Origin: Methanoregula sp. | GTDB taxonomy: Archaea > Halobacteriota > Methanomicrobia > Methanomicrobiales > Methanospirillaceae | DNA length: 32,000 bases | Direction of reading: 5' to 3' | NCBI RefSeq assembly: GCF_003170075.1 | Contig: NZ_PMZU01000042.1 | Coordinates: 10,655 to 42,654 of the forward strand | Shown here: piece after piece, positions 18,239 to 28,011 of the stretch | How the letters are laid out: every line of letters begins with the position of its first letter | Position numbering within the stretch: position 1 is the stretch's first letter | The notes under the pieces: generated by a model | Seen by the model: the letters and a program-made list of their open reading frames with translations, nothing else | What the model was told of the DNA's origin: nothing | Databases searched by the model: none | Program-made: the position numbers and the translations under genes

Positions 18239-19583
18239 GGTTGACAAACTCCTGTTCAGCGGACTTGGGGATAAACGCTCCGGCAGCGATCTTGTGCCCT
18301 CCGCCCCCGCCGCCATATTCTGCCGAGGCATCGCTGATCGCTTTCTGGAGATCGATGCCCTTTTCGATGACCCTCTCGGTCGTGCGCATCGAGACCTTGG
18401 TGAGATTCTTGTCCTCAGGCACCTCGCACATGATCAGGATTGGTTTCTGGGCGTTGAGCTTCGAGAGGGCCATGCCCGCCCCGATCCCGACAATGGTGTC
18501 CGGGAACTTATTCCCAACACTGATGTACTGGACGTTCTCCAGTTCGGTGACACCGGTCTCGATGATATACTGGAGCAGGTTCCGGATAATTGCCCGGTGG
18601 TTGCCGAGCATGTGCTCGGCCTCGCGGTAGGCCTGGCCCCGGTCACCCCGGAGGATCGCGCTCCCGATGCCGGGTTTTGTCCACCTTCCGCAGGCGTTAA
18701 GGACCGTCGCGTATTCCTGCGCATTCCGCAGGGGGGTCCTCGGGATCTCGTCCGGGAACCGGTAGGTCTCCGCGAGAAGACGTTCGACGCTATCGCCGTT
18801 TGCGATCAGCTGCTCGGCAAGTGCCGATGTGATCGTCCGCCGGTCATCGTCGCCGAGTTCCTCCCAGACATACCAGCGCCCGTTCTGGGTCTGCTGCACG
18901 ATCCCGAGTTTCTTCAAAAACTGCTTTGCACCCTCGGGGTTGTTGCTAATCCCCTTCACAAACGGGTCGTCGTTGTACGCGAGCGAGAGGTAGACCGGCC
19001 GGGTCGCGGTGCCGTAGCAGTTGAGGTCTTTTTTACAGACCTTTACCGACCGGTGCCGGACGCCATCCTCGACAATCAGCTCCCGGGCCGGGCCGACAAG
19101 TCCGCGGGTCTCCCGGGCCATCATGTCACCGACATTTCCTACCACCGCGAGTTTTGCAAGGTCGATGTTTGCCTCGTCCATCTGCTTTGCGATGAAATAG
19201 GCGACTCCTGCAGCGCTCATTTTTGTGTACCCGTACGGGAGGCAGTTGACCTGCAGGAATGGGACATCGCCGGGCTGGCTTACGTGGTGGTCGACGATCA
19301 GCAAATCCTTCTCTCTGAGACCTCGATCGGCTAGGAGATTCTGCTGGCCGGCCCCGAGGTCGGTGAAGACCTTTAAGGAAGGATCGTCAGGCACTTGCGG
19401 CATGGTGAGCGGTTCGAGCTGCCGGACAAAAACGGAGCGGACGGTGATCCCGTGCCGGGAGATCGCCTGCGAGAGGATCGCTTCACTGGATATGCCATCC
19501 GCATCGATGTGGGAGATGATGGTTATCTCGTGCGCAGCCGTGATCTGTTCGGCGGCCGCCTTCACATCATCAGAGAAACCCAT
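18183..19583 (-). CDS. DHH-family phosphoesterase (archaeal RecJ-like)
   Basis: ITIISHIDADGISSEAILSQAI, LLIVDHHVS, GGGGGGHKIAAGAFIP (DHHA1). Confidence 0.9.
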   Translation of the reverse strand: MGFSDDVKAAAEQITAAHEITIISHIDADGISSEAILSQAISRHGITVRSVFVRQLEPLTMPQVPDDPSLKVFTDLGAGQQNLLADRGLREKDLLIVDHHVSQPGDVPFLQVNCLPYGYTKMSAAGVAYFIAKQMDEANIDLAKLAVVGNVGDMMARETRGLVGPARELIVEDGVRHRSVKVCKKDLNCYGTATRPVYLSLAYNDDPFVKGISNNPEGAKQFLKKLGIVQQTQNGRWYVWEELGDDDRRTITSALAEQLIANGDSVERLLAETYRFPDEIPRTPLRNAQEYATVLNACGRWTKPGIGSAILRGDRGQAYREAEHMLGNHRAIIRNLLQYIIETGVTELENVQYISVGNKFPDTIVGIGAGMALSKLNAQKPILIMCEVPEDKNLTKVSMRTTERVIEKGIDLQKAISDASAEYGGGGGGHKIAAGAFIPKSAEQEFVNRVNRILGEQFACAGAGNR

Positions 19584-19610
19584 TACCTATTATTTATGGA
19601 GTCAATACAG

Positions 19611-21047
19611 ATGAAGTGTGTCATAATGCCCGACCTGACAGCCTGTGCAGAAGAGTTTCTTGAGGACGGAATCATTACTTATGAGCGGATGCGTGCGGTG
19701 GATGCAAACGCACAGGCGCTCGGGGTAACCGGCCTTCAGTTAATGGAGAGCGCGGGAAAGGCCCTTGCGGCATCCGTGCTCGCACTTCGCCCGAACGCGG
19801 TGTTAATCCTCTGCGGCCGGGGCAACAACGGGGGGGATGGGATGGTGGCGGCCCGGTACCTCCAGCGCGGGGTGGATACCACAGTTTGTTATCTTGATTC
19901 AGGAACGCGCAGCCCATCCTGTACCCACCAGCTGGCGGCGCTCAAAGGCTGCCGGGTGACGCTCCACCCGTTTGTGTCCACCGATGATCTACGGGCACTC
20001 TCTTCCCTGTTTTCGAAGGCTGATGTGATCGTCGATGCCCTGCTCGGGACCGGGGCTGCCGGGACGCCAAAGGAACCCCTTGCGACCTGCGTGGCGATGG
20101 TAAACGCATCTAGGGCAAAGATTATCGCGGCAGATCTCCCTTCACCCGGCATGCGGGCCGACAGGATCTGCGCGTTCCACCGGCCCAAGGTGGACGGGTC
20201 GGAGGTCGTGGATATCGGTATCCCCCTTGAGGCGGAGATATGCACCGGGCCCGGGGACCTGACCCTGATCCCGGTGCGGAAGAGGACAAGCCACAAGGGG
20301 GTCGGGGGCGAAGTGCTCGTGATCGGCGGCGGGCCGTACCAGGGCGCACCGTACCTCTCCGGTCTCGGGGCGCTCCGTGCGGGAGCCGATATCGTCAGGA
20401 TCGCGTCACCGGTCTTTGAGCCGGTGCCGGACCTCATCTACGAACGGCTGTCGGGAGACCGGATCGGCGATGAGCATACGGAACGGCTCATCGCGCTCGC
20501 GGAACGTGTGGACGTTGTCGTCTGCGGGAACGGCATCGGGACGGAGAGCCACGAGGTCGTGCTCGCGGTCGCCCCGCACTGTAGGAAAGCGGTCTTCGAT
20601 GCCGATGCCCTCCGGCTCCCGCTCCCGAAAGCCTGCGGCGAGACTATATATACTCCCCATGCAGGGGAATTTACCCGTATCTCCGGCGTCCGGCTTTCGG
20701 GGGATGCGAGCGATGCCTGCGGGAGGGCGCGGGCGGCCAAGGCTGCGGCGGCTACCCTCAGCGGCACTATCCTCCTCAAGGGGCCGGTGGATGTCATCAC
20801 CGATGGCAGCCGGGTCAGGTTTAACCGGACCGGCGACCCGGCGATGAGTGTGGGCGGGACCGGGGATGTGCTGGCCGGGGTAACGGGTGCGCTCCTCTGC
20901 CACCTGCCGGCATTTGAGGCAGCCTGCATCGCCGCGTACGCGGTCGGGAGAGCAGGGGAGCGCGTAGCAGAAGAGTGGGGCGAGGGGATGCTTGCGTCAG
21001 ATCTCGTTGACCGGATCCCCGGAGAATTGTTCAGGAGGCAGATGTAA
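19611..21047 (+). CDS. nnr: Bifunctional NAD(P)H-hydrate epimerase / ADP-dependent NAD(P)H-hydrate dehydratase
   Basis: N-terminal YjeF motif LCGRGNNGGDGMVAARYL, C-terminal ribokinase-like VVCGNGIG..., TPHAGEFTRI, GTGDVLAGVTGALL. Confidence 0.93.
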   Translation: MKCVIMPDLTACAEEFLEDGIITYERMRAVDANAQALGVTGLQLMESAGKALAASVLALRPNAVLILCGRGNNGGDGMVAARYLQRGVDTTVCYLDSGTRSPSCTHQLAALKGCRVTLHPFVSTDDLRALSSLFSKADVIVDALLGTGAAGTPKEPLATCVAMVNASRAKIIAADLPSPGMRADRICAFHRPKVDGSEVVDIGIPLEAEICTGPGDLTLIPVRKRTSHKGVGGEVLVIGGGPYQGAPYLSGLGALRAGADIVRIASPVFEPVPDLIYERLSGDRIGDEHTERLIALAERVDVVVCGNGIGTESHEVVLAVAPHCRKAVFDADALRLPLPKACGETIYTPHAGEFTRISGVRLSGDASDACGRARAAKAAAATLSGTILLKGPVDVITDGSRVRFNRTGDPAMSVGGTGDVLAGVTGALLCHLPAFEAACIAAYAVGRAGERVAEEWGEGMLASDLVDRIPGELFRRQM

Positions 21048-21529
21048 TGGTCGAGTTTACCCATATTTCCGATGGCAGGGCACAGATGGTGGATATCAGC
21101 GCAAAGACAGATGTCGTGCGCGAAGCGGTGGCAACAGGGAGGATCTACCTGCGGCCGGCGACACTTGAGGCCATCCGGGAGGGAACGGTCATCAAGGGAA
21201 ACGTGCTTGCCACGGCCCGCGTTGCCGCCACTCTTGCCGTCAAGGAGACGCCCCGCATCATCCCAATGTGCCACACGATCCTGCTTGGCGCCATTACCGT
21301 TGACTTTACCGAAGGCGACGGCTTTATCGAAGCGGTGGTCAGGACAAAATCCACCGGCAAGACCGGCGTGGAGATGGAGGCCCTGACCGGCGTCTCGGTC
21401 GCGCTCCTCACCATCTGGGATATGGTCAAGTCCGCAGAGAAGGACGAGCACGGCCAGTACCCCGTCACCCGGATCGAAGGCATACGGGTTGTGGAAAAGC
21501 GCAAAGGGGTAACACCGGCTGCCGCGTGA
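21047..21529 (+). CDS. moaC: Cyclic pyranopterin monophosphate synthase
   Basis: DISAKTDVVREAVATG, KGNVLATARVAATLAVKETPRIIPMCHTILLG, TGVEMEALTGVSVALLTIWDMVK. Confidence 0.95.
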   Translation: MVEFTHISDGRAQMVDISAKTDVVREAVATGRIYLRPATLEAIREGTVIKGNVLATARVAATLAVKETPRIIPMCHTILLGAITVDFTEGDGFIEAVVRTKSTGKTGVEMEALTGVSVALLTIWDMVKSAEKDEHGQYPVTRIEGIRVVEKRKGVTPAAA

Positions 21530-21583
21530 TGGTGCAGTAATTTCCCATCCCCTTCCGTGTTTGCCCGCGCAGTGCCCGTGTAC

Positions 21584-21611
21584 TTTAATACTCCCCCGGA
21601 TCCATTTTATA
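21584..21611 (+). promoter_or_regulatory. Candidate TATA region(s) for the rpl15e superoperon
   Basis: TTTAATAC near 21584-21591 and TTTTATAAG near 21605-21613, upstream of the rpl15e ATG at 21684. Confidence 0.4.
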
Positions 21612-21683
21612 AGAATGCGGGATTCGTCCCGTTAGAAAAGGAATGTAGCCTGTAATGGGCCGAACCTTGAGGTGTTATAACAC

Positions 21684-22274
21684 ATGGTAAAATCGATGTA
21701 TGCGTATGTCAGGGACGCATGGGCAAGACCTGACAAGTCCGAAGTAAAAGCAATGCTCTGGGACCGGATGCAGGAGTGGCGCCGCGAGGGCAGCGTCACC
21801 CGTCTTGAGCACCCGACCCGTATCGACCGCGCCCGCTCGCTCGGATACAAGGCGAAGCAGGGTATCGCAGTCGTCCGCGTCCAGGTACGCCGCGGTGGCC
21901 GCCGTGCTTCCCGGTACGTCCGGGCACGCCGGTCCGCACGCATGGGCAAGAACAAGCTCACGCCGGGTAAAAGCATCCAGCGGATCGCCGAGGAACGCGC
22001 ATCCCGTCGGTACCCGAACATGGAAGTCCTCAACTCGTACTGGGTTGGCCAGGATGGGAAACTGAAGTATTACGAGGTTATCCTCGTTGACGGCCACCAC
22101 CCATCCATCCGGGCAGACAAGAACCTTGCATGGCTCGCAAACCCCGCCCACCGTGGCCGTGCAGAGCGCGGCAAGACCTCTGCGGGACGCAAGGGACGTG
22201 GTATGAGGACCCGGGGACGGGGCACCGAGAAAACCCGCCCGAGCATCCGCTCCCATGCCAACCAGGGCAAATAA
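21684..22274 (+). CDS. rpl15e: Ribosomal protein eL15 (L15e)
   Basis: [93 protein letters not shown]. Confidence 0.97.
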   Translation: MVKSMYAYVRDAWARPDKSEVKAMLWDRMQEWRREGSVTRLEHPTRIDRARSLGYKAKQGIAVVRVQVRRGGRRASRYVRARRSARMGKNKLTPGKSIQRIAEERASRRYPNMEVLNSYWVGQDGKLKYYEVILVDGHHPSIRADKNLAWLANPAHRGRAERGKTSAGRKGRGMRTRGRGTEKTRPSIRSHANQGK

Positions 22275-22304
22275 TCTTATCTTTTTTATGGCAATGGTAT
22301 CTTC

Positions 22305-22949
22305 ATGAAGATCACCGATGCCTGTGTTTATCCGTATCCTGTCGGTGACTCGTCGATCCGCAGGTTTGCGCTCGAAGCGCGCTCGTTTGGGTATGACAGT
22401 ATTGTCGCAGCAGACACGCCGGCTGCCGAGGTCTGCGGTATCACTGTGATCCCCGGTATCTTCCTTGCCGGCATCCCGGCAAAGGACGTCCAGAGCCGGG
22501 TGAAAAAGTGCAGGGGCTCCGGGGCGGTCATTGCCGTACAGGTCGGGGACAACGGGTTCAACCGTGCCGTCGCGAGCACAAACGGCGTCCACATCCTGCG
22601 GGGCATCCATGCCGCCGACAAGCGTGCGTTCGATCACGTGGCGGCAAAGATTGCGGCGGACAACAACACTGCCCTTGACATTGACCTGTCCCCTCTTATT
22701 TTCGGGCGCGGGCACCTCCGGCAGAAAGCGATCCACCGGTATATCGACCTGATGATCCTGTACCGCAGGTTCGAGTTCCCGCTCACCATCTCGTCTTCGG
22801 CACGGTCGGTTCTCGGCATGAGGGCCGTGCGTGAAGCCACCGGCCTCTGCTCGCTCTTTGGCATGGATGAGACTGACGTCCAAGCGGTGCTTGCCGGGGT
22901 TAGCCGGGTGACCGGACCGACCGAGAGTGTCGTGAAGGTGATCACATGA
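22305..22949 (+). CDS. rnp3: RNase P protein component 3 (Rpp30)
   Basis: RGIHAADKRAFDHVAAKIAADNNTALDIDLSPLI..., superoperon position. Confidence 0.88.
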   Translation: MKITDACVYPYPVGDSSIRRFALEARSFGYDSIVAADTPAAEVCGITVIPGIFLAGIPAKDVQSRVKKCRGSGAVIAVQVGDNGFNRAVASTNGVHILRGIHAADKRAFDHVAAKIAADNNTALDIDLSPLIFGRGHLRQKAIHRYIDLMILYRRFEFPLTISSSARSVLGMRAVREATGLCSLFGMDETDVQAVLAGVSRVTGPTESVVKVIT

Positions 22950-23503
22950 GCATCCGACCCCCGACGCTCCGGGAAAAACGGCGGTATCTTCTCGCCCGTA
23001 TCGACCCGGCAGGCATGCCTGTTGAGACAAAGGATCTCTATTACGCGGTGTACGAGGCGGTGGTCTCGCTCTTCGGCGATATGGCGGCGGCAGCCATGCA
23101 GCCTTCGGTGCTTGCGATTGAGAGTGGGCACGCGATCCTGCGCTGCCGCAGGGGTGCCGAACGCGAGTTTGCGATCGCCCTCTCGACGCTTTCCACATGC
23201 CGGGACTGCACCCTTGCCGTGAGAGTAATCGCGGTATCGGGGACGATCGAGAGCCTGCGGGAGCGGATTGCAACGCTCGTGCCGCAGGAACCCGATGTCC
23301 CGGCTCACGATGGTGCCGGTGAAGGAGTGCCTGACGCCGATCCCTGCGAATACCGGTTCGGCACGACCCCGGTCGAACCGGTCGTATGGCACGGTCATAA
23401 GGTTGATGTCATAGAAAAGGGATTTAAAAATACACGCCGATTGTTCTTAACAACAGAAGATCTGGAGAAAATACATGCAACCACAATACCAGATGGGCTA
23501 TGA
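22946..23503 (+). CDS. rnp2: RNase P protein component 2 (Rpp14/Pop5)
   Basis: [23 protein letters not shown]...[40 protein letters not shown], superoperon position. Confidence 0.88.
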   Translation: MSIRPPTLREKRRYLLARIDPAGMPVETKDLYYAVYEAVVSLFGDMAAAAMQPSVLAIESGHAILRCRRGAEREFAIALSTLSTCRDCTLAVRVIAVSGTIESLRERIATLVPQEPDVPAHDGAGEGVPDADPCEYRFGTTPVEPVVWHGHKVDVIEKGFKNTRRLFLTTEDLEKIHATTIPDGL

Positions 23504-24197
23504 CCGGGCGATCACCGTTTTTTCGCCTGACGGCAGGCTGTACCAGGTGGAATACGCCCGGGAGGCAGTAAAGCGCGGTACCACTGCGGTCGGTATCAAG
23601 GCACAGGACGGGATTGTCCTTATCGTCGACAAACGCATCAGTTCCAAGCTGCTTGAAGCAGCATCGATCGAGAAGATCTTCAGGATCGACGATCACATCG
23701 GGGTTGCATCCTCCGGTCTTGTCGGCGATGCACGTGCGCTTGTGGACCGGGCACGGGTCGAGTGCCAGATCAACCGGGTCTCCTACGATGAGAAGATCGA
23801 GGTCGAGGCGCTCGCAAAGAAACTCTGCGACCACATGCAGACTCTTACCCAGTACGGCGGCATCCGCCCGTACGGCACGGCACTTTTGATTGCCGGCGTC
23901 AGCGATGGCGAGTGCAGGCTCTTTGAGACCGACCCCTCCGGCACGCTCCTTGAGTACAAGGCGACCGGTATCGGTATCGGCAGGCCGGCGGCAATGAAAA
24001 TCTTCGAGGAGGAATACACGGCAAGCCTCTCTATTAAGGATGCGATCCTTCTCGGCCTCAAGGCACTGCACTCGGCGACCGAAGGCAAATTCGATGTCGA
24101 CACCGTGGAGATCGGCATCGTTGAAAAGAGCGATGCAGCCTTCAAGAAGATGACAAAAGAAGAAGTCGCATCGTACGTCGAACAGTTCAAACAGTGA
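23475..24197 (+). CDS. psmA: Proteasome subunit alpha
   Basis: [50 protein letters not shown]. Confidence 0.97.
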   Translation: MQPQYQMGYDRAITVFSPDGRLYQVEYAREAVKRGTTAVGIKAQDGIVLIVDKRISSKLLEAASIEKIFRIDDHIGVASSGLVGDARALVDRARVECQINRVSYDEKIEVEALAKKLCDHMQTLTQYGGIRPYGTALLIAGVSDGECRLFETDPSGTLLEYKATGIGIGRPAAMKIFEEEYTASLSIKDAILLGLKALHSATEGKFDVDTVEIGIVEKSDAAFKKMTKEEVASYVEQFKQ

Positions 24198-24203
24198 TCC
24201 GGT

Positions 24204-24908
24204 ATGATCTCTCTTGAGAACGCGGTGGTAGCCCGTCTGGAAAGTTTCGGGGAACGGTTTGAAATCCTGGTCGAACCCCACCTTGCCGCCCGCGTACGAC
24301 AGGGAGAGAACCTCAACATTGAGGACGTAGTCGCGGCCCTCGACATATTCGGGAATTCATCAAGGGGAACCCGGGCATCCGATGAATCGCTTGAAAAGGT
24401 CTTCCACACCACGGACTTTGCAACGGTGGCAAAGAAGATCATCGAAAAAGGTGAGATTCACCTTACTGCTGACCAGCGTAAGGAGATGACCGAGGAGAAG
24501 CGCCGGCAGGTCATCACGTTTATCGCCCGGAACTCGATCAATCCCCAGACCGGCCACCCTCACCCACCGGCCCGTATCGAGAGAGCGATGGAAGAGGCCC
24601 GGGTCAATATCGATCCGTTCAAGCACCTGGACGAACTGGTCAAGGAGACCGTCAAGGCGCTGCGCCCGATCCTGCCGATACGGTTCGAGGAACTTCGTCT
24701 TGCAATACGGATCCCCCCCGAAAACGCTGCCCGCGCATACGGGGATATTGCGGCGGCGTGCACTATGGAGAAAGACGAGTGGCAGAAAGACGGGTCATGG
24801 GTCTGCGTCGTGCGGATCCCGGCCGGCATTCAGGGCGAATTTTACGATCTGATAAACAAGATCAGCAAAGGCGAAGGACAGGTAAAGATCCTCAATCAAG
24901 TATATTAA
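24204..24908 (+). CDS. Ribosome assembly factor SBDS
   Basis: [75 protein letters not shown]. Confidence 0.95.
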   Translation: MISLENAVVARLESFGERFEILVEPHLAARVRQGENLNIEDVVAALDIFGNSSRGTRASDESLEKVFHTTDFATVAKKIIEKGEIHLTADQRKEMTEEKRRQVITFIARNSINPQTGHPHPPARIERAMEEARVNIDPFKHLDELVKETVKALRPILPIRFEELRLAIRIPPENAARAYGDIAAACTMEKDEWQKDGSWVCVVRIPAGIQGEFYDLINKISKGEGQVKILNQVY

Positions 24909-24951
24909 TTACGAGGACAAATATAGAAAGTCAATTCGGTGGATACTCATC

Positions 24952-25251
24952 ATGGCAAGCTCTGAAAAATCAGCAAAAGGAAAAGTAACCGGTAGTGCAG
25001 GGCGTTTTGGCTGCAGATACGGAAGATTTGTGCGCAAGCGAGTCGCAGAGATGGAAAAGATCTCCCGGGCAGATCACCTGTGCCCGAAGTGCGATACGAT
25101 GTCGGTTCAGCGCAGAGGCACGGGTATCTGGGAATGCCGGAAATGCGGGTTCAAGTTTGCCGGCGGCGCATACCAGCCCGAGACCCCGGCCCTCCGTGTT
25201 GCCCTCCGTGCCATCGACCGCACTAACGTCGTTGAAGGAAAGACCCAGTAA
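24952..25251 (+). CDS. rpl37ae: Ribosomal protein eL43 (L37Ae)
   Basis: TGSAGRFGCRYGRFVRKRVAEME, HLCPKCDTMSVQRRGTGIWECRKCGFKFAGGAY. Confidence 0.96.
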   Translation: MASSEKSAKGKVTGSAGRFGCRYGRFVRKRVAEMEKISRADHLCPKCDTMSVQRRGTGIWECRKCGFKFAGGAYQPETPALRVALRAIDRTNVVEGKTQ

Positions 25252-25263
25252 GTGGGATTTATA

Positions 25264-25398
25264 ATGGCAAGTACCTACAAGTGCGCACGGTGCAAACAGA
25301 AAGTGGAGATCGACGTCAACGTCCGGTGTCCCTACTGCGGCCACCGCATTCTCTTTAAAGAACGCGGCGCAGCAATAAAAGAGCTGAAAGCCAGGTAA
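25264..25398 (+). CDS. rpoP: DNA-directed RNA polymerase subunit P
   Basis: 44-aa [44 protein letters not shown], below the ORF-track length cutoff but an exact RpoP-type zinc ribbon. Confidence 0.94.
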   Translation: MASTYKCARCKQKVEIDVNVRCPYCGHRILFKERGAAIKELKAR

Positions 25399-25408
25399 TG
25401 TTATGTAG

Positions 25409-25437
25409 TGCCGGAAGAACCGGCAGTTTCCTTTTTT
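25409..25437 (+). terminator. Hairpin plus T-tract downstream of rpoP
   Basis: TGCCGG-AAGAA-CCGGCA perfect 6-bp stem (25409-25425) followed by GTTTCCTTTTTT. Confidence 0.55.
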
Positions 25438-25474
25438 ATCCTTGTTTTTCCCATATACCTTATGAGGTAATCCT

Positions 25475-25714
25475 GTGCCGCAGCATGAAGCCCTGTTCAG
25501 GTTTACGACCGATCACGCCGATCAGATCTACCGCTCGCTTCTTCCGGAGTTACAGGAGGATGTGAATCCCCGTTCTGCGACGCAGGCCTGGGTCGAGGGG
25601 ACCGATACGCTGGTCCTGCACGTTGAGGCGCAGGATCTCGCGGCGCTCCGGGCGGCGCTCAATATGTTCCTGCGCCTCGTAAGCGTTGCTGACGAGATGC
25701 AGCAGTTCTCCTGA
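25475..25714 (+). CDS. pcc1: KEOPS complex subunit Pcc1
   Basis: Position in superoperon and motif ALRAALNMFLRLVSVADEMQQF. Confidence 0.8.
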   Translation: MPQHEALFRFTTDHADQIYRSLLPELQEDVNPRSATQAWVEGTDTLVLHVEAQDLAALRAALNMFLRLVSVADEMQQFS

Positions 25715-25836
25715 AAATCCCTGGTATCTGCGCAGTTTTCGTCCTGAACGGAAATTTCTGGATATTACCGCTCCAATGACACGTGCGGAATCATTTTTAT
25801 CGCTGGGAAATGAAACTTGATACGGAAGATACGATT

Positions 25837-26199
25837 ATGCAGAACATTCCCCCAAAAGTCCAGAACCAGTTTGCGATGCTCCAGCAGGTGCAGCAGCAGC
25901 TCCAGACCGTCCTTTCACAGAAAACCCAGTACGAGATGGCGGTACGCGAGGCCAAGCGTGCACAGGAAGAGGTCACCGACGCTGGCGACGAAACCCCCAT
26001 GTACATGAGCATCGGGACGGTCATGGTGCAGAAGAAGAAGGAATATGTCACCACAAAACTCACCGAAAAGGTGGAGACCCTCGAACTCCGGATTAAATCG
26101 TTAGAGAAACAGGAGAAGATGCTTCAGGGCAAGTTCGAGCAGCTCCAGAGCCAGATTAAGGCAGCACTCGAGGGCAAGAGCGCCCCGAATGCCGCATAA
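25837..26199 (+). CDS. pfdB: Prefoldin subunit beta
   Basis: MQNIPPKVQNQFAMLQQVQQQLQTVLSQKTQYEMAVREAKRAQEEV...MYMSIGTVMVQKKKEYV. Confidence 0.94.
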   Translation: MQNIPPKVQNQFAMLQQVQQQLQTVLSQKTQYEMAVREAKRAQEEVTDAGDETPMYMSIGTVMVQKKKEYVTTKLTEKVETLELRIKSLEKQEKMLQGKFEQLQSQIKAALEGKSAPNAA

Positions 26200-26343
26200 C
26201 TTTTTTACCGGCGTGTGACCCGTCACAGGGCAGCATTGGTTTTTTCAGTCATCTTCATGTGCAGGATCTTCTGATAAGCGGGTGGCTGCTGATCCTGCCG
26301 TACCTGTCTGAACGCCGTTTTATAAAAAAGGAGACGGGTGGTT

Positions 26344-27861
26344 TTAGTCCCTGTTGGTCAGGTTGATCGCGTTCACGAGCGCATCGACCGAGGCGAGCAC
26401 GATATCGTCGCCGCTCCCGCTTGCATCATAGATATGCCCGTGCTCGTCCTCGACGGCAATCGTCACGTGGCACATCGCGTCCGAACCCCCGCTGATCGCC
26501 TCGATGTTGAACTCGGTAAGCCGGATCCTCACCGGCAGGATCCCGATGATCGCATTGAGCGCCGCATCAACAGGACCATTCCCGACACTTGAGAAGACAT
26601 GCTCGGTGCCGTTGACCTGCGCCCGCACGCTTGCTGTCGGGATCACGTGGTTGCCGGTCATGATCGCGATATCGTCGAGCTGGAGCACCTTTTTCCCGAT
26701 CTCGATGCCCATGATACTCTCGGCGATCTCGTAGAGATCGGCATCGGTCACCCGTTTCCCCTTGTTCGCGATTACTTTCACGCGCTCGACAATTGCATCG
26801 AGCTGTGCATCGTTGGGTTCGATGTGGACATCGACAAGCATCTGGCGCACTGCATGCCTGCCCACGTGTTTGCCGAGCGTGAGCCGGCGCCGGTGCCCGA
26901 CCATCTCCGGGGTCATGATGCCGGGCTCGAACGTCGCGGAGCACTTTAAGACGCCCTGCGTGTGGATGCCGCTCTCGTGCGAGAAGACATTCTCCCCGAC
27001 AACCGGCTGGGTAGGCGGGATGCCAAGCCCGGAGAACCGGGAGACAAGGCGCGAGGTCTCGACGAGACGCTCTTTTGTGATCCCGGTATGGATGCCGTAG
27101 ATCGCCTCCATGATCATCACGGTCTGGGCGAGGTCTGCGTTGCCGGCCCGTTCCCCGAGGCCGTTAACGGTCACCTGCACCTGAGAGGCGCCGGCTTCAA
27201 CCGCTGCGATCGTGTTTGCGACCGCAAGGCCGAAGTCGTTGTGGCAGTGGACATCAAGCGGGCAGTCAACCTCACGGGCGAGCCGGCCCATCAGGGTTTT
27301 CATGCCCGACGGGGAGATGACCCCCACGGTGTCCGGGATGTTGATGATCGTCGCCCCGGCCGCGGCTGCGGTGCGGCAGACCTCGACAAGGTAGTCGGCA
27401 TCCGTCCGCGTCGCATCCATGGGCGAGAACATGCACTTGTCCACATGCCCGCGGATGTACCGGATGATCTCGCTTGTGATCGCGAGCACCTGCTCCCGGC
27501 TCTTGTTGATGGTGTTCTCCCGCTGGATGTCCGATGTCGGGATGAACACGTGGACCATGTCGACATCGCAGTCGATGCATGCATCCACGTCGGCCACAAC
27601 CGACCGGGCGAGTCCGCAGACGTTCGCGGAGAGGCCGAGCTTCTTGATGGCAGACACGGTCTCTTTCTCGGCCGCTGACGACGCAGGGAATCCTGCCTCG
27701 ATCGTATGCACGCCGATGTCAGAAAGCTGACTGGCAATCTCAATTTTTTGTTCAAATGTGAAGGCAATCCCCGGGGTTTGTTCCCCGTCACGGAGTGTCG
27801 TATCAAAAACGGTCACGTCTTCATGCGCACGGCTATCGGTGAAGAAGACGATCCCCCGCAA
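26344..27861 (-). CDS. 2-isopropylmalate synthase / homocitrate-citramalate synthase family
   Basis: VTVFDTTLRDGEQTPGIAFTFEQKIEIA, DVHCHNDFGLAVANTIAAVEAGASQVQVTVNGLGERAGNA, HESGIHTQG, LeuA-type C-terminal dimer domain; exact substrate not decidable from sequence alone. Confidence 0.9.
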   Translation of the reverse strand: MRGIVFFTDSRAHEDVTVFDTTLRDGEQTPGIAFTFEQKIEIASQLSDIGVHTIEAGFPASSAAEKETVSAIKKLGLSANVCGLARSVVADVDACIDCDVDMVHVFIPTSDIQRENTINKSREQVLAITSEIIRYIRGHVDKCMFSPMDATRTDADYLVEVCRTAAAAGATIINIPDTVGVISPSGMKTLMGRLAREVDCPLDVHCHNDFGLAVANTIAAVEAGASQVQVTVNGLGERAGNADLAQTVMIMEAIYGIHTGITKERLVETSRLVSRFSGLGIPPTQPVVGENVFSHESGIHTQGVLKCSATFEPGIMTPEMVGHRRRLTLGKHVGRHAVRQMLVDVHIEPNDAQLDAIVERVKVIANKGKRVTDADLYEIAESIMGIEIGKKVLQLDDIAIMTGNHVIPTASVRAQVNGTEHVFSSVGNGPVDAALNAIIGILPVRIRLTEFNIEAISGGSDAMCHVTIAVEDEHGHIYDASGSGDDIVLASVDALVNAINLTNRD

Positions 27862-28011
27862 AATCCTTGCGAGCCATACTAACTCATAGGCCCCCGGATT
27901 ATTTAAAGAAACCCTGCATCGCCCCGGTTTTTCCCGTTTTCACCCCATGAAAATGGGCGATCGTACGATATGTTTAATAGGAAACTATCCCTACATTATT
28001 AGGCAGAGTGC

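Noticed and set aside
18294-19334. 346-aa plus-strand ORF
   Set aside because: Antisense to the DHH phosphoesterase, which has full DHH and DHHA1 motifs.
20438-21451. 337-aa minus-strand ORF
   Set aside because: Antisense to nnr and moaC, both strongly recognised.
21675-23273. 532-aa minus-strand ORF, one of the longest ORFs in the window
   Set aside because: Spans rpl15e, rnp3 and rnp2 on the other strand; these are universally conserved archaeal genes in expected order. No recognisable domain.
26214-26227. Palindrome TGTGACCCGTCACA in the convergent pfdB/leuA-type gap
   Set aside because: Near a T-tract and plausible as part of a convergent terminator region, but short and without further support.
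26962-27678. 238-aa plus-strand ORF
   Set aside because: Antisense to the isopropylmalate synthase family gene.
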